Assembly (NCBI GenBank): GCA_035084275.1
Contig: CM068754.1
Span: forward strand, 10,044,001 to 10,108,000
Length of the DNA stretch: 64,000 nt
From: Hydrolagus colliei
Lineage: Eukaryota
Direction: 5' to 3'
The position numbers and the translations under genes are program-made. This document shows, piece after piece, positions 39,172-52,435 of this stretch. The notes under the pieces were generated by a model. It had not been told where the DNA came from and made no database searches. It saw only the letters and a list, made by a program, of their open reading frames with translations. Every line of letters begins with the position of its first letter. Within the stretch, counting starts at the first letter, position 1.

Positions 39172-39800
39172 GCAACCACAAACATCAAAATTACATTTGT
39201 GTAGTGCCTTTCATGTCGGGTGGACATTGCAAGGTGCTAGACAGTCAATGTTTCAGACTTGAGCTGGGGGTCTGGATCAGAGATTGTGGAGGGATAGATC
39301 AGATAGAGGGATGACCGATGGCACGGTCGAAGAGGAGGTTCTTGAGACGGTACTTGAAGGCAGCTAGGGGAGGGGCGAGGTAGAGGGATTGTGGGATGGA
39401 ATTCCAAAAGTTGGGGCCAGAGTGGTTAAAGGCTCACCTACCGATGGTGGAGCGGGTGGATCGGGGGATATGGAGCAAGCCAGAGCCTGCTGAGCAGAGG
39501 GAAAGGACAGGTTGATAGGAGGCTGCAAAGGTAGGGTGGGTTTTGAAGGTGAGGACTAGGAGCTTGAATTGAATCCTCTGTGTGATGGGAAGTCAGTGTA
39601 GTCGGGCGAGGATGGGGGTCATAGGTTCACAGAGCTTGGTGCATGAGAGGACATAGGCTGCAGAGTTCTGGATGATCTGTAGCCTATGGAGAGAGGAGTT
39701 GGGGAAGCCGACAATCAGAGAATTCGCACAGTTGAGACAGGACGTAATGAAGCAATGAATGAGAGTTTCAGCGGCCTGAGTGGTGAGGTAGTGGCGGAAC
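39172..39800 (-). mobile_element. L2 3' fragment
   Basis: AAETLIHCFITSCLNCANSLIVGFPNSSLHRLQIIQNSAA motif and L2 tail. Confidence 0.92.
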
Positions 39801-40011
39801 TCCAAACACAAACTCCAAATTGGTCTATTCGAATGAATCAAAAACTAGAAATAAAAGAGATACTTTGTGACACAGCATCTAAAGAAATCTCCACTATCAA
39901 TGTGATATGACCTGGTATGTTCTTATGCAGTTAATGAACTCCTGTTCTGTGTCCTCTTTTAAATACAACAGGTATTCAGTACAGTTGATTTCTGATAACA
40001 GAAGCATTAGA

Positions 40012-40278
40012 AACCCCTCCCCCCACCCTTTACCAACCCTACCAATCTGCCCGCCTGCCCCATCTGCCTTCCTCCTTTGCCTCCTTCAAGGTCGGTCTCA
40101 AGACTCTCCTTTTCGGCCGTGCATTCAGCCGCCCTCCCAGCTCTCTCCCTCCCCTCCCCCCAACCCTGTCCCTCTTCCTTGCTCAGATCCCGACCCGTGA
40201 CTGTTCAGCGCCTTTGGACGTCCTCCCGATGTGAAAGGTGCTCTATAAAAGTAATTTTGTTGTTGTTCTTGTTGTTTA
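40012..40278 (+). mobile_element. L2 3' fragment
   Basis: ttcaaggtcggtctcaagactctccttttc (FKVGLKTLLF) and a (TTG)n tail. Confidence 0.9.
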
Positions 40279-40715
40279 CATAGCTTGAGGGTCACTGCCC
40301 CAAATCTTGCAGCAACATAGTCTAAGGTGGTATTAGATTCCAACAATTATCAGTGAAAGAGACAATGTCAAATGGATTCCTTTTAACAATTGCATAAAAT
40401 GTTATATTAAAACTGCGATCACATTTTTTCATCCTATGGCATTTGAAAAGTTTGCTGAACTTCAGCATTCACCTCACGGCTTGCAAGTCGTGACTCATCT
40501 GAGTTTGTGCTGAAATTATTTTACATTTTCAAAAATCAATGAATTGCAAGCAATGAGGTGAAGGAACCCCTGACTGCAGCGTTTCTTTGTTCTACAAAAA
40601 CAGCTGCAAATAATAAAATGATTGTTTCTTAAAAAAAGGATATCACATCTACATGAACTAAGGGAACCTGGTGGCTTCACATTCTGCTGAGATCCTTATC
40701 ATTTGAGAATTTTAA

Positions 40716-41571
40716 TGTAACCACGTGTGAACAGCTCGCATCAAACAGATACCGAACACACATGGAGACAGACGTGGTTTACAATTCACACAAGTCAGTT
40801 TATTTATATAGTGAGAAAATCCTCAGCAACCCTGGCAGAGATGCCTCACTGCCTCCATCAGATTCAGAGGCACTGAATCTCAGTCTGTGTCCTGCACCCC
40901 ATCCCGTCTAAAGACCTTCCTTTTCCATTGGAGCTCCTGTGGTTTAGTGGTTAGAGCACTTGTCTTGGAAGCTGGGGAGACCAATCTGAGGAGACCAGTG
41001 TTCAAATCCAGGCAGATCAGAGAGAAACCTTGGGCAAGTGTCCTTACTCCACACGCCTAATAATAATCCATCAAAAAAAAAAACACAATAATAAAATTGG
41101 TCATTTCAATCCACGACTGTTTGTGGGACACTGCTGTGCGCAATTTGCTGCCGCAATTCGCCCACAAATGTACAGTCAATTCACTTTTTCACAGTATATT
41201 CTGTGAAGCGCTTTGGGACGTCGATAAGATGTGAAAAGCGCTATATCAAATGCAAGGATTATTACTATTATTGTGCTTACGATTACCTCCTCCCTCCCTG
41301 TTCCCCTGGCTCGGGATCAGACTACACCACTGTCAAGCTCTCTGGTAACTCTGTCCTGTATGAAGACATAAAGGTGCATAAGGTTGGTTGGTTGTTGTTG
41401 TTGCTCTCACTCATTGGTTTCCATCTTGGTTAGGTGCTCACACTACCGTGGTCTCCCGGTTTCAACAGCTGTGACACCTTCTCAATAGCCCCGACCTGGC
41501 CGTTCAGCTTAGCCTCCTGCAACACGAGAGGGGCAATTTACTATTACTACTTTTACATTTTACATGTTACA
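40716..41571 (-). mobile_element. Probable solo LTR (Gypsy or ERV type) interrupted by a SINE
   Basis: Bounded by TGTAAC...GTTACA, with a minus-strand AATAAA near 40800 about 85 bp from the end. GC and CpG content are higher than in the flanks. No clean target-site duplication. Confidence 0.5.
40931..41272 (+). mobile_element. Full-length tRNA-derived SINE
   Basis: Head with B-box gttcaaatcc, body and tail. Possible short target-site duplication attg. Confidence 0.92.
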
Positions 41572-44500
41572 AGTGTAACATATCTAAATCTTACAAGTAT
41601 TGCTATTGGCCCAAGGTATTTCCCTCTTTGCTGTAGAAAACAAAGATGATAATCCGAAAAATTCACTGAGGCTCCAGTACTGTATTTCCATCAAGGAGAC
41701 AAAGCTTTTGTTTGCCATAGTTTCATTTAGGAGTCACTGATACAATCAATCTGACCCATCCCTTTTAAATGTTTTAGTTTTCAACGCTGTCTGTATCACT
41801 GAAAGACATAGCTGAATGGCTTTGAAATGTCAAGCGGGGATTAGTCATGTATACACTATTCAATAGGTAACTATTACTGCCGAGCTCGGCCCAGGCTTTC
41901 AATTAATCTTCTTTAAATTCAAAGTCTGAGTATCAAACCCTAATGTAAATCTGAGTAACATCAGTTCACCAATTTAATGATGCAGTCTGTAGAGTTACAT
42001 AAACCTTTTACCAAGAATTGCAAATATTATTTTATTATGTATATAGTCTTGGCATCCTTCACCTTTACCAAAAAAAATAGTGGTATATTTTGCGGCACAG
42101 AACATTCCATGTTGTCAATGAGATGCGGAACCTGCAGGTAGGTACATGTAAACAGTCTTACCTTCTATTTTATGCTCCTGTCTGATTTGGCTATAATTTC
42201 TGGGGGTGCTGGGGTGCTGAGATGGACTCATTTCATGTCTGTTTTTAAGAGCAGTAAAGTAACTTTTCATTTGAGATCCTGTCCTGGTGAAATCCAGGAG
42301 TATTATTCAATGTGCTTGCTGAACTATAATCAACATTTTTCTTTTCTGCACCATCCGCTGGTGGTTGGTTTCACTGATAATAAATAGGGCATTAAGTTCA
42401 GTGTAATGCCACATTTGTAGAGCAAGAATTAATCATCGTTTAATTCATCACATTACCTCGATCCACTGTTGGTCGAAATGACTAAGAAGCACATTGAGCT
42501 TCTAAATGCTGATTTACTGTGTCAGCTTTCATGAGCACCCATCCTATTTTTACACTTTCCCTTGGGTTCTATGCTGCATTACTGAAGAAAGTGCTGGAAA
42601 TCACTGCACTTGCACTGCTTGTTGTCAAGGAGTCTGTCCTACACTATTACTGTTGCCTTTACAACAAATCACCATCTTGTCATCAACACATCATCTAATG
42701 ACAGAGGTGCTTTGTTGCCTGAGTGACTAAGAACAAGTAGGAGTTTTCTTCTGTTTAATAAAGAATATAAACTAGTTATTTTCGCTTTGATGAGCTCCAA
42801 ATCATTATTTTTCCCTTTTCCCCCTCCCCTTGAGACTCGGAATAGTTTCGCTACTGCTACTGCTGCTACAGAATCTTTTCCTTTTTGATCTGTTGATGAT
42901 CTCTTGTCTCTAATTCCACCTGCCAATGCCTTGGGACATCCTCCTGACATGAAAGGCGTTATACAAATGTAATTTTGTTGTTGTTGTTGAATTGCCCAAA
43001 CTGTAGGCAGGAGAATTAGCATGGAGAGGAGAAATCATCTGAAAGTACTGATCATCACTTAGACCAAAATATTATAACTCATTGTAGAAATCTTCAATAT
43101 CACTATTATTAACATCATCAACCTAATTAGATAGGCAGTAAGTCATCGTGCCTCCTACTTGCCTCTCACTAAGAAAACATGAATAGTGGCAAAGAAAGTA
43201 GTTAGACTCTATCAACCCTACATTTTTTTCAATTATGAATTTAAACATTTTAGGCTCTTGTTATAAGTGACCTTCTGTAAGGAATCCTATTCCACCATGT
43301 GGTGTTTACCTTCTTCCTGGGTTACCTAGCAATGTCGATACAGTATCACAGTAAAACTCTAAGATGTGAAATGTGCGGCTATTTTGAAGGTACAATTGCT
43401 TCCACCTAGATTCTCGGTCGTGTTACTTATGTACCACAAGATGCAACCAACATTTCTCTTCCCTCTTCCTACATATCCACGAGAACATAACTATGAGGCC
43501 TATAGCATTTTCCACAATGAGATTCTTTGTATATCTGATCTATATTTCCTTTCCCTCAAAGGTGGCAGCTGTGAAGTAACGATAGCTGTTGCAATTGGCT
43601 TGTATCTGTTGTGTGAATGAATTATCCAATGGATAACATTGTCATGTGTCAAACAATTGAAATGGTAATGTTATATACCTGGTTTATCTACAGGTTACCA
43701 GCTGCGAGCCTCTTTATGCTGCCTTCTTAGATCTGTTTCTTATCAACATACATGAACACAGGTTTATGAATCAGTTTGCAAGCGATGGAGAACAAATGAG
43801 TATACAATGATGGTTTGGATTGTTGGTGCAAATGTTGAGGATATAATTCACGATGTTTACTGTAAGCACATGAGTAGAAAGGAGCTGGAGTAAAGTAAAA
43901 TGTCTATTTATTCACGATTATTGGTAGATTTGAGATGTTGAAATATGTGAACTTATATTTTGTTGATATAGACCTTTGGTCTTGGGACAAAATATGCTTG
44001 TCCAATGTTAAGAGTTTGCCTTGCCATACATTCCACTATTGCTTCATTGAGATGATGTAATGTCTTCTGGTCTAAGATTGGAATACACATCAGAAATATA
44101 AGCTACCACTGTAGAGAAATGATATGCCTGAGCATTAAATCTATGTTGATCATAAATTATTTGGGGCATTTGCTTCATGTGCTTCTCAGGTAAAGTCCAT
44201 AGCACATGTTTTACTTTAATCAGGCACAATAACTTACAACAATTTTTTTCGATAACAAAATTTTAAATTATCCCAAAGTTCAGACCTGCGAGAGAGAGAG
44301 AGAGGGGAGTTTTATTTGCATAGTACTCTTATTAATAAGTAAGGTAGGAAAGCTTGGGTTCCACTGCTAAGAGCATTGTAACAGTCATGAGATAGAATGA
44401 AATCACATGTAGAGAAAGCTGAGATATCAGAGTAATGCAAGTCAATTTGAAGGGTTTCACGTACACAGGAATGCACATTGATGTTTTTTCTTGTTCCATT

Positions 44501-47500
44501 CCGGTTACAGAGGAGGTAACCTTAAATTCAGCAGTTTCAGGGAATTCAGCAGACTTTAAATACATTTTGGTCAACTTGTTGAGCTGGTAACTCTATTTCC
44601 TTCCTGTCCCTCATGAGTATTCATTTTCTGCACCAAGACAGGCCATTTACTGTTTTCAAAATACATATTAATAACTGTTGACAGGAGCTACGGACATGAT
44701 TTAACATCTTTAATTAAAATGCTTTGGGTACGTTCACCTTCGGCAACAACGAGCGTGCATTATTAAAGCATATCTGGCACAATTTCACATGTTAACATCC
44801 ATTATCACTCCAAGCTCTTAACACTGGTGTATCGTTCTATTTTTTGTCATTCATTCAAATCTAATAATAACACAGGGGAAATCAGATTGAATGAAACATT
44901 AATCAAGTTGACGATAAATTCCTGAGGTGCTCTCATTTGTGTCATTATTTAACATCACAGCCTGCGTCACCAATGGTCTTTCAAGGTTGTCTCTTGAGAC
45001 TGAGAAAGCAATTATTCAGACTTTTCATGGGCTGTGAAACCTTCTGAAAGATTTTGCCTGTCTCTAGTCAAGTTGCCATGGTGACCAAATATGGACATCG
45101 GAGCATCAGTCTACTTCTGACACAATACTCTTTTAACCCTTCATGGCTTTATTCACACAGCAGCAGCAGCAGATTTTAGCATGTGATAAATATCACTATC
45201 ATTTTCAGAATCCTACGGAAAAATAAAGCATGCCTTTGTTTTAAACATCCTTTCTTATCAATACACAACATTTAAGCTTGTTTTTCCTCCTTCCCCGATG
45301 GGAAAGGTTGGGTGGTGGGGGGGAAGTCAAGTTTCATGAAGGCACTAATAGGCAACAATTTAATTGCCTTTTATTTCTATCACAAGCTCCGCTGTGTGAA
45401 GGAGACTAAATCATTACTAACAACTGATAACATTACTCGACCAACATTTGCAGTCCGGTGTTGGTTTTACAAATTCAGAAACCTCAAAGGGGTTTGGTGG
45501 GTGGACGGGTGGGAGGGGAACCCACAATATGTTTTCATACAAAAAATATCTTCATGGAGTTTATTTTTTGAAGGAAATGAAACCTATATTTATAGAAAGG
45601 GCTTTGTTTACAAAGTGTCACAACTGAACAAATCATTCTAAATACGTTTCATAGAGTTAGTTTCAAACATACAAAAGTGGGGCTGCTTCCCCCACCACAG
45701 TACAGCATTTCTAGGTTTGGCAAACATTGTCCAACTGATTCTAATTTTTTTTTAAAAAAAAGCTTATTTGCGGAAACATACAGCACCTAATTTAATATAT
45801 ACTCTCCAATAATTTAAGCATCAACAGCAACAGCTGCTGGCAAGGCATCAGTAATTCATTGTCTAATTTCACAGCTGCTTTGCATACTCCAGGAAACACA
45901 CAATCCCAACTGGTCAGCAGAGGACTCCTGTGGCTATTTTGACGTGAAATTGATAGTTATGAACGTTTGTGATCTAACATTTCGTAAGAAGCTCTCGGGA
46001 AACCTCATCTTTGGACAGGACTTCTAATGGACTAGAAACAATTAAAATAGAAAACACAGTGTATCCATTCCCTTCAACGCTGAGCATAACAAAACAAATA
46101 GTGGGTGCATAAATCACGATTTATAACAGGCCAGCTGCGCATAGTCTGAAACAATGAAATAAAGCAGGCTAATAACAACTGTTTTCCATTTCATGAATAG
46201 CTCTTCACTGTGGCTAAAATAACAAGTATTTAAACTGATATTAATAAACAATGAAAAATGAGAAACAGGGAAACAGATTTCTGATACACAATGATGGGTT
46301 ATGTTATAAATATAGCAACAAGCTTTGACAGGATATAGGGCCTTAACACCATTGATGAAGGATCTTGCTATCTATATTTAATGTTTCTCCCACACACTTG
46401 AAATAGCTATTTGTGCAATTCTAGCACATCACCAGTCACAGGATTACAGAGTATCGGATCTCTGGCAATTTAAAGACTACGTTTGAGATACCGTTTTGTT
46501 CTTGAAGAGATTACATGAAATACCGTGAATAGAATACGGACATTGTGGTGAAAGTTCCCACTTACGGTATTGTGTGTCTTTTTCTTTCAAATGCTAAGCA
46601 ATTTGTTTTGTACATTACTGTATTTCATGCATTTTCTGGTTGTAAAAGGGGAGGCTCGACTAACAGGGCAGGTTACTCTCAAACCACCTGTTTCATTATT
46701 TTGTATAACACATATAGAAACCTGTAAACTATGCATATTACGGACAGCTCTTTGTAAATAACGTGCAGGTCAGAATATCATGGCAGGTATTGCATTCATT
46801 ATATCACTTAATATCATTAATTTAATTAATTAATAGAAAACTCAGTACTGAGTGTATTCTGGGAAATTGAGATTAAATTGGCAAAGGGTATTCTTCATCC
46901 AAGCAGATTTGTGATATTGTGAATTTCCTCATTCTCTCTCATTAGTTTCCTTATTGATTGATTCAGTTTAGTTTCTTGGTCACCTATCATTTTTAAGAAA
47001 CAAAAGATATTGGGTTCTAACTTGTGGGGATGTGCTAAACATGCCCACCCAAACCATTGTATTTCTTTTCATAGGTTGTGTGTGTAACACAACTGGGAAA
47101 ACAAAACCTCAGGTACATGTGATACAGATGCTAGTGCATATTTCTACATATTTCTACATACAGTATTTCTATATGTGAAAAAAATACATTTGACATAGCG
47201 CCATATTGCATTGTTGAAACATCTTAAAGCACATTGGTGGATTTATTTTACAACAACAACAAAATTACACTTGTGTAGCGTCTTTCACATCAGGAGGACG
47301 TCACATTTTAGAGTGCATTTCCTAAGCCGACACTAAATTGCTATCAGCCTTTGTTTAAGCCAAATTGCCATCCTGTCTTTATGGTTCTCATTTTAGCAGT
47401 AGGTGGGTTATCTTTGCTTCTTGCACTAAAATGGTATTCATCTCATCATTTCAAACTCTGCATTGAAATATCAATGACATCCACAATAACAGCTAGTGTA

Positions 47501-48131
47501 GTAATGGATATTGCACTTATTGCCATGTTCAAATGTATTATAGTAAAACTGGATGGTTGAACCATTCCAAGTGATATGCCATTTATGCAGTTCCCTATTA
47601 TTCCCAGAATCAACCTATTCATTAAATTGGCCTCAAAGCTGCAACATAATGTTTGCAGGCTCCAATGGATAATAACAGCTTCCAGTTAGTTTGAAAACAA
47701 ATCTGTTTCGAGATCAACAAATACTTCACAGTGCAAAATTGTTCAATTAACTTTAGCTTTTTGTTTATTCTTTCCCAGAAGATATAATATGAAGAATTGT
47801 TCTTGATTGAAACCATATTGGCTACTCGTTTAGCAGAATACGGCATATTTTTTCTTTGGTAAGAGCAGTAAAACAACACTGGTCATACTATTACTTTGCC
47901 CATGATCTGTATTGTCCTATTTACACAATAATTGATTCAAGTGGTAGAATTTGCTTCATGGCATTTCATGGGGTTTCAAAATTGCTTTCTGATTTTTCAA
48001 ATTTAAAAAAAGGCGCTGCACTCAACAATAATTATCATAAGCTCCTCTGAGATATTTCAAAGTTCTAGACATCAAATCAAACATCCTCACTCTTGTTTCT
48101 AGTAAAAAAAACATTTTATTTATTGATTATC

Positions 48132-48437
48132 TATAATAATATCCTTGCATTTGATATAGCCCTTTTCACATCTTCTAGAAGTATCAATGCGCTTCACAGA
48201 ATATATTGTAAAGTGAATTCACTGTATATATGTGGGCAAAATGTGGCAGCCAATTGCGCACAGCAGAGACCCACAAACAGTCGTGGATTGAAAGGTCCAA
48301 TTTATCATTGTTTTTTTCAGGGATTATTATTGGGCGTGTGGAGCAAGGAAACTTGCCTAAGGTTTTGCCCTGTCTGGAATTGATCCCAGGTCTCTTGCTT
48401 GTAAGGCGTGTGCTCTAACCACTGAGCTACAGGACTC
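48132..48437 (-). mobile_element. Full-length tRNA-derived SINE
   Basis: Reverse strand reads gagtcctgtagctcagtggttagagcacacgccttacaag through to the tail. Confidence 0.92.
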
Positions 48438-49109
48438 TGTGTATAACAGTTTCATATTCAATGCATAACAAGGCAAATAGAAGAGCAACTGAGAAAATGT
48501 AAGACAATTTGTTTGCAAGGTGTGAATTCAAGTTAAATTGCTCCAAAATACCAGCAATCGCTTAAACAGGCTTTTTGATTGTGTTTTTTCCCCCATGTAG
48601 TTTTCGCCTGTTTCACATTGTTGATTATCTGTTACCTTTTCGTTAGATATCTACAGTTCTCATTATCTCTGCCACTGCTTGATTTATTCTTCCCCATGCT
48701 TTTATGGCTTCAGGTCATTGAGATTCATCTAGGTGGCTACCTTTACTTAATTAAGGTGGCTGCACCGATGGTGACACTTTCATTTTCTGTCCTCTTTCTG
48801 ATGACGGGAAATGCCTCTTGGCTGGCTCCATCAGCTCGGTTTCCATGACTCCTTTTTTTTTGCAAAACTCTTTTGTTACTTTTCTCTCGTACCACAATTG
48901 TCTTGTACGCCTGGGTCATGCTGTCATTCACTTAGTTTGACGCATAAGCTGAATACATATTCAAGTGCGTATTTATGGAGAACAATATTGTGTATGCATT
49001 TGCAATGGACAAATGAGAGTTTCTGACCAAATTAATTTTTTGAAAGGATTTTCACCCCTGGAAAATTGATCTGCTTACTGACTACCAACTTCCTACTTAC
49101 TGCTAGCTA

Positions 49110-49210
49110 AGAAGTAAGGAAACTTGCCTATGATTTTACTCCCCCCGGGAATTGAACCTGAGTTCACTCGCTTGCGAGGTGAGAGCTCCAAACAATAAGC
49201 TGCAGGACTT
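49110..49210 (-). mobile_element. SINE head fragment
   Basis: Reverse strand reads gtcctgcagctt...cctcgcaagcgagtgaactcaggttcaattcc...ggcaagtttccttact. Confidence 0.75.
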
Positions 49211-49684
49211 CACCATCAGTACTCATACTTAATGCACTTCCTGTTAACCTGGAACAATCTTTTTTTAAAAAAGTTTGTTTTATATATAATATATTATAAT
49301 GGAGGATTAATAATTCGCATTTGTGATCCATGTAAACCCTAACAAAATAATTTGACATTAACATGAATGACATCTATTAATTTAAGATTCCTGTAGCTAA
49401 TAGTGTCTGAATCATTTGAAGCCTGGCGATTTTAAAAAAATCCTTTAATTCAAAATTGAAAAGTTGTCTAAATATCTGAATAAATTTCTTATAAAATCAG
49501 GAGATCAGCTGTCAAATATATGGAAAGGCCTGATTTCTTCCTTGTCTTTTTTCTTCATCTTTTTCTTGCCGTAGCTCTGCAGGTCTATATCCAAAAGGCT
49601 GAAACAAAATACAGTAATTTGATTTCAAGTTGGTCACATTAACGCAGAACAATATTAGCATTCTGCACTCAACATTCTTTGGGG

Positions 49685-49852
49685 GTTTATAAGATTGTCC
49701 TTGATAGGTTTCTTATGGATAAAGGGATTAAGGGATATGGGGATAAAGTGGACAGGTGGAGTTAGATTAGAAGATCAGGCATGATTTTATTGAATGGTGG
49801 GGCAGGCTCAAGGGACCAAATGGCCTACTCCTGCTTCTTATTCTTATGTTCT
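49685..49852 (+). mobile_element. CR1-clade 3' end of a second family (recalled HER1/HE1-like tail)
   Basis: aagggatatgggg...gaatggtggggcaggctcaagggaccaaatggcctactcctgcttcttattcttatgttct. Confidence 0.75.
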
Positions 49853-49997
49853 CAGATTTTATTGAGAAAGACTGTCTTAAGTCCAGTTTTTTTTTCTTGT
49901 AACCTGGAACAAATATTTAATTCTTTTGATTTGATAGATAACAATTTTTTCCTGGGTTGATTTATTAAGAAAGAAATATGTACATACAGTACCTAAC

Positions 49998-50700
49998 TCT
50001 CACGTTTGACATAGCACCTTTCATGTTGTGAGGACAGCTCAAAGTGCTTGATATATTGTAAAGTAGATGATTTACTGTGTATTTTGAAGCTGTAGGTGAC
50101 CGTGACTCCAATGTCCCATAATAATAATCCTTGCATTTGATATAGTGCTTTTCTAGATATCTCACAGCGCTACACAGAATAGCTAGCAAAGTGAATTGAC
50201 TGTATATTTGTGAGCAAAACATGGCAGCCAATTGTGCACAGTGGTGTTCCACAAACAGTCGTGGATTGAAATGACCAATTTTATAATTTTTTTTGTTGAG
50301 GAATTATTGTTAGGCATGTGGAGTAAGGAAACTTGCCCAAGGTTTCACCCTGCCTGGATTTGAACACAGGTCTCAGGTTGTAAGTCAAGGGCTCCAACCA
50401 CTGAGCTACAGGGCTCCACAAACAGCCACATGAATGAACAATTTCATTTGGGGGATTGTTGACTAGGGCAGCCGGAGAAATTCCCTTCTCATTTTGAATA
50501 GTGGCGTAGTACCTCTAACAACCACCTGAACTGGTTTAATGTCTCATCTGAAGGACGGCACCTCCGACAATGTAGCACAAATCCAGCCCTGCAGTGCAGT
50601 GCCATGATAGGATTGACTGAGTTCAAAGTCCCAACATAAGGCTTGAACACACAACCTTCCGATTCAGAGGCAAGAGTGCGATCAATCGAAGTCTGACATA
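49998..50700 (-). mobile_element. Old full-length DeuSINE (tRNA head, Deu domain, tail) split by a younger SINE
   Basis: Head at ~50640-50695 (reverse: gcactcttgcctctgaatcggaaggttgtgtgttcaagcc). Deu domain at ~50452-50580 (reverse: cattgtcggaggtgccgtccttcagatgagacattaaacc). Tail at 49998-50118. Confidence 0.8.
50118..50416 (-). mobile_element. Full-length tRNA-derived SINE
   Basis: Head, body and (TTA)n tail as in the other copies. Confidence 0.92.
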
Positions 50701-51399
50701 CAAATGTGTTGCTTCAACAGACTTTTATGTTAAGTTATCTAAAGCACTTCATAGGTAACCACTCACCAATGTCCCTGAATGATACCCCATGCGAAGGGGG
50801 CTATATAAATTTAAGTGGTTGTTGTCAATTTTTGTTTATGGGCAATTGTAGCTTTTCCATCTTAATCATCCTAGATATACACATTTTTTGTTGTGAATGA
50901 GCAGACCAGTCCCTTATTGATGCTGCCATATTTTACATATGCCCATTAAGCCTGGTTTATAGTATAAGATGCTGCTTATAGTGGATTCTGCAGAAAAATT
51001 GCAGCCGCACTCTTCTATTGGCCCAGGTCATTACTGACCTCCCTGAAGACACTTTAGCTGCATAGCCTTCAGTTACATTTATATATCAATCATCTGATTT
51101 GTATTCCTCTTATCCTCTGCTTTTTTTGTCGCCTAAGTATTCCCTGTAGAGATGAGGTGTCTGTGAAGTGTCTAATATTTTCACTCTCCATCAATTATGC
51201 AGTGGAAAATCGGTAAACTGCTAATATATTCATATGTCCCATTCATTCAAACATTTCATTTGCACATTATTTTGTTATGATTGAATCATTCTCTTTCTGT
51301 CTGATATGTGATATATTTAAACAGACTAGACTTTGGGTCTCTTCTTCCGCATCAAATTTCTTTTGCTGCTTTATTCCTGGCTTCTACATTTCTCATTAA

Positions 51400-51512
51400 C
51401 TTTGCCCACAGAATATACAGTGAATTCCTACTTTACAGTAGGAAGTGAAGTGCTTTGACACATCTCAAAAACATGATAAGGCACTATATCGAATGCAAGA
51501 ATTATTATCATT
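51400..51512 (+). mobile_element. SINE 3'-tail fragment
   Basis: Diverged copy of the shared tail. Confidence 0.75.
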
Positions 51513-52435
51513 CTACACAATTAGACTAAGCTATTTCACAGTCCTTGTTATCCCTCCACTGGAGGCATTCTCTACCACATTCTCCATGTTCGGTGTGATT
51601 TACTGTTGGTGTTAAAGTTGCATCAAATAACTTAAGAGTATCTCTCAGTCAAATGGCAGTTCTGGGATTTATAAATGAATATCATTTTCACAGGTATCAA
51701 CTGAACTCGTGGGTCAACATCTGAGACTCTGTAAGCATCTGTGGGCCTATTGGTTAAAGATCATTAAGGGAAATATATTTTCCACTGGCCTGAAAATTAT
51801 TGATCCAGAAACGCAACCGTGGCAACCATTGTTTGTCAAGGTCAAGTATACATTTGTAAACCAGTCATTTATTCTGATTCATCTCAGGGAAATAGAGTGC
51901 TTTTTGCCTTCAATGTTTGAATTGTGTGTCTGTTTGTTTCTTTTATTATTTCCTTGTTTTCACTTTTTTATAACTTCTATCTATCAACCTCACCAATCTT
52001 TTATCTTGGATATTTAGTGTAGGTAGTTTTCCACCTTAGTTTCACTGTTTATTTTAAGATGCTTCAACATGCGTCTTCTCAAAAGTGAAACATCTATCTA
52101 TATATATATATATAATATATATACATTTCTGCCCACGCAAAGGATTCATTTTGATTTGTGCATCATGCTTGTCTAATCAGAGGTTCGTGCACCAATCTGA
52201 GGTTTTTGCACCTTATAATGTGCTTTCATGTATATTACAAAGCATGGTAATAACTCCTAGCACCTTGACTTACACACACTATTGTATCAGCAGCCTATCA
52301 GCACTGACAACCAAAGAAATACCGTATTTATTTGGTGCAAACTTGTATCAAAAAAGTTTGAAAAGTACAGTATGATGAATGTAAGGTTCCTATTTTCTAT
52401 CATTTATGTATTTCCTCCCACTTAGATTTTGCTCG

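Noticed and set aside
39172-40278. Oppositely oriented L2 pair as a single inversion or twin-priming event
   Set aside because: Each copy has its own tail and their sequences differ, so they are better explained as independent insertions.
46440-46780. CpG-enriched patch with repeated tacgg/taccg motifs, suggesting hAT subterminal repeats
   Set aside because: Only about five short motifs, and no terminal inverted repeats or target-site duplication were found.
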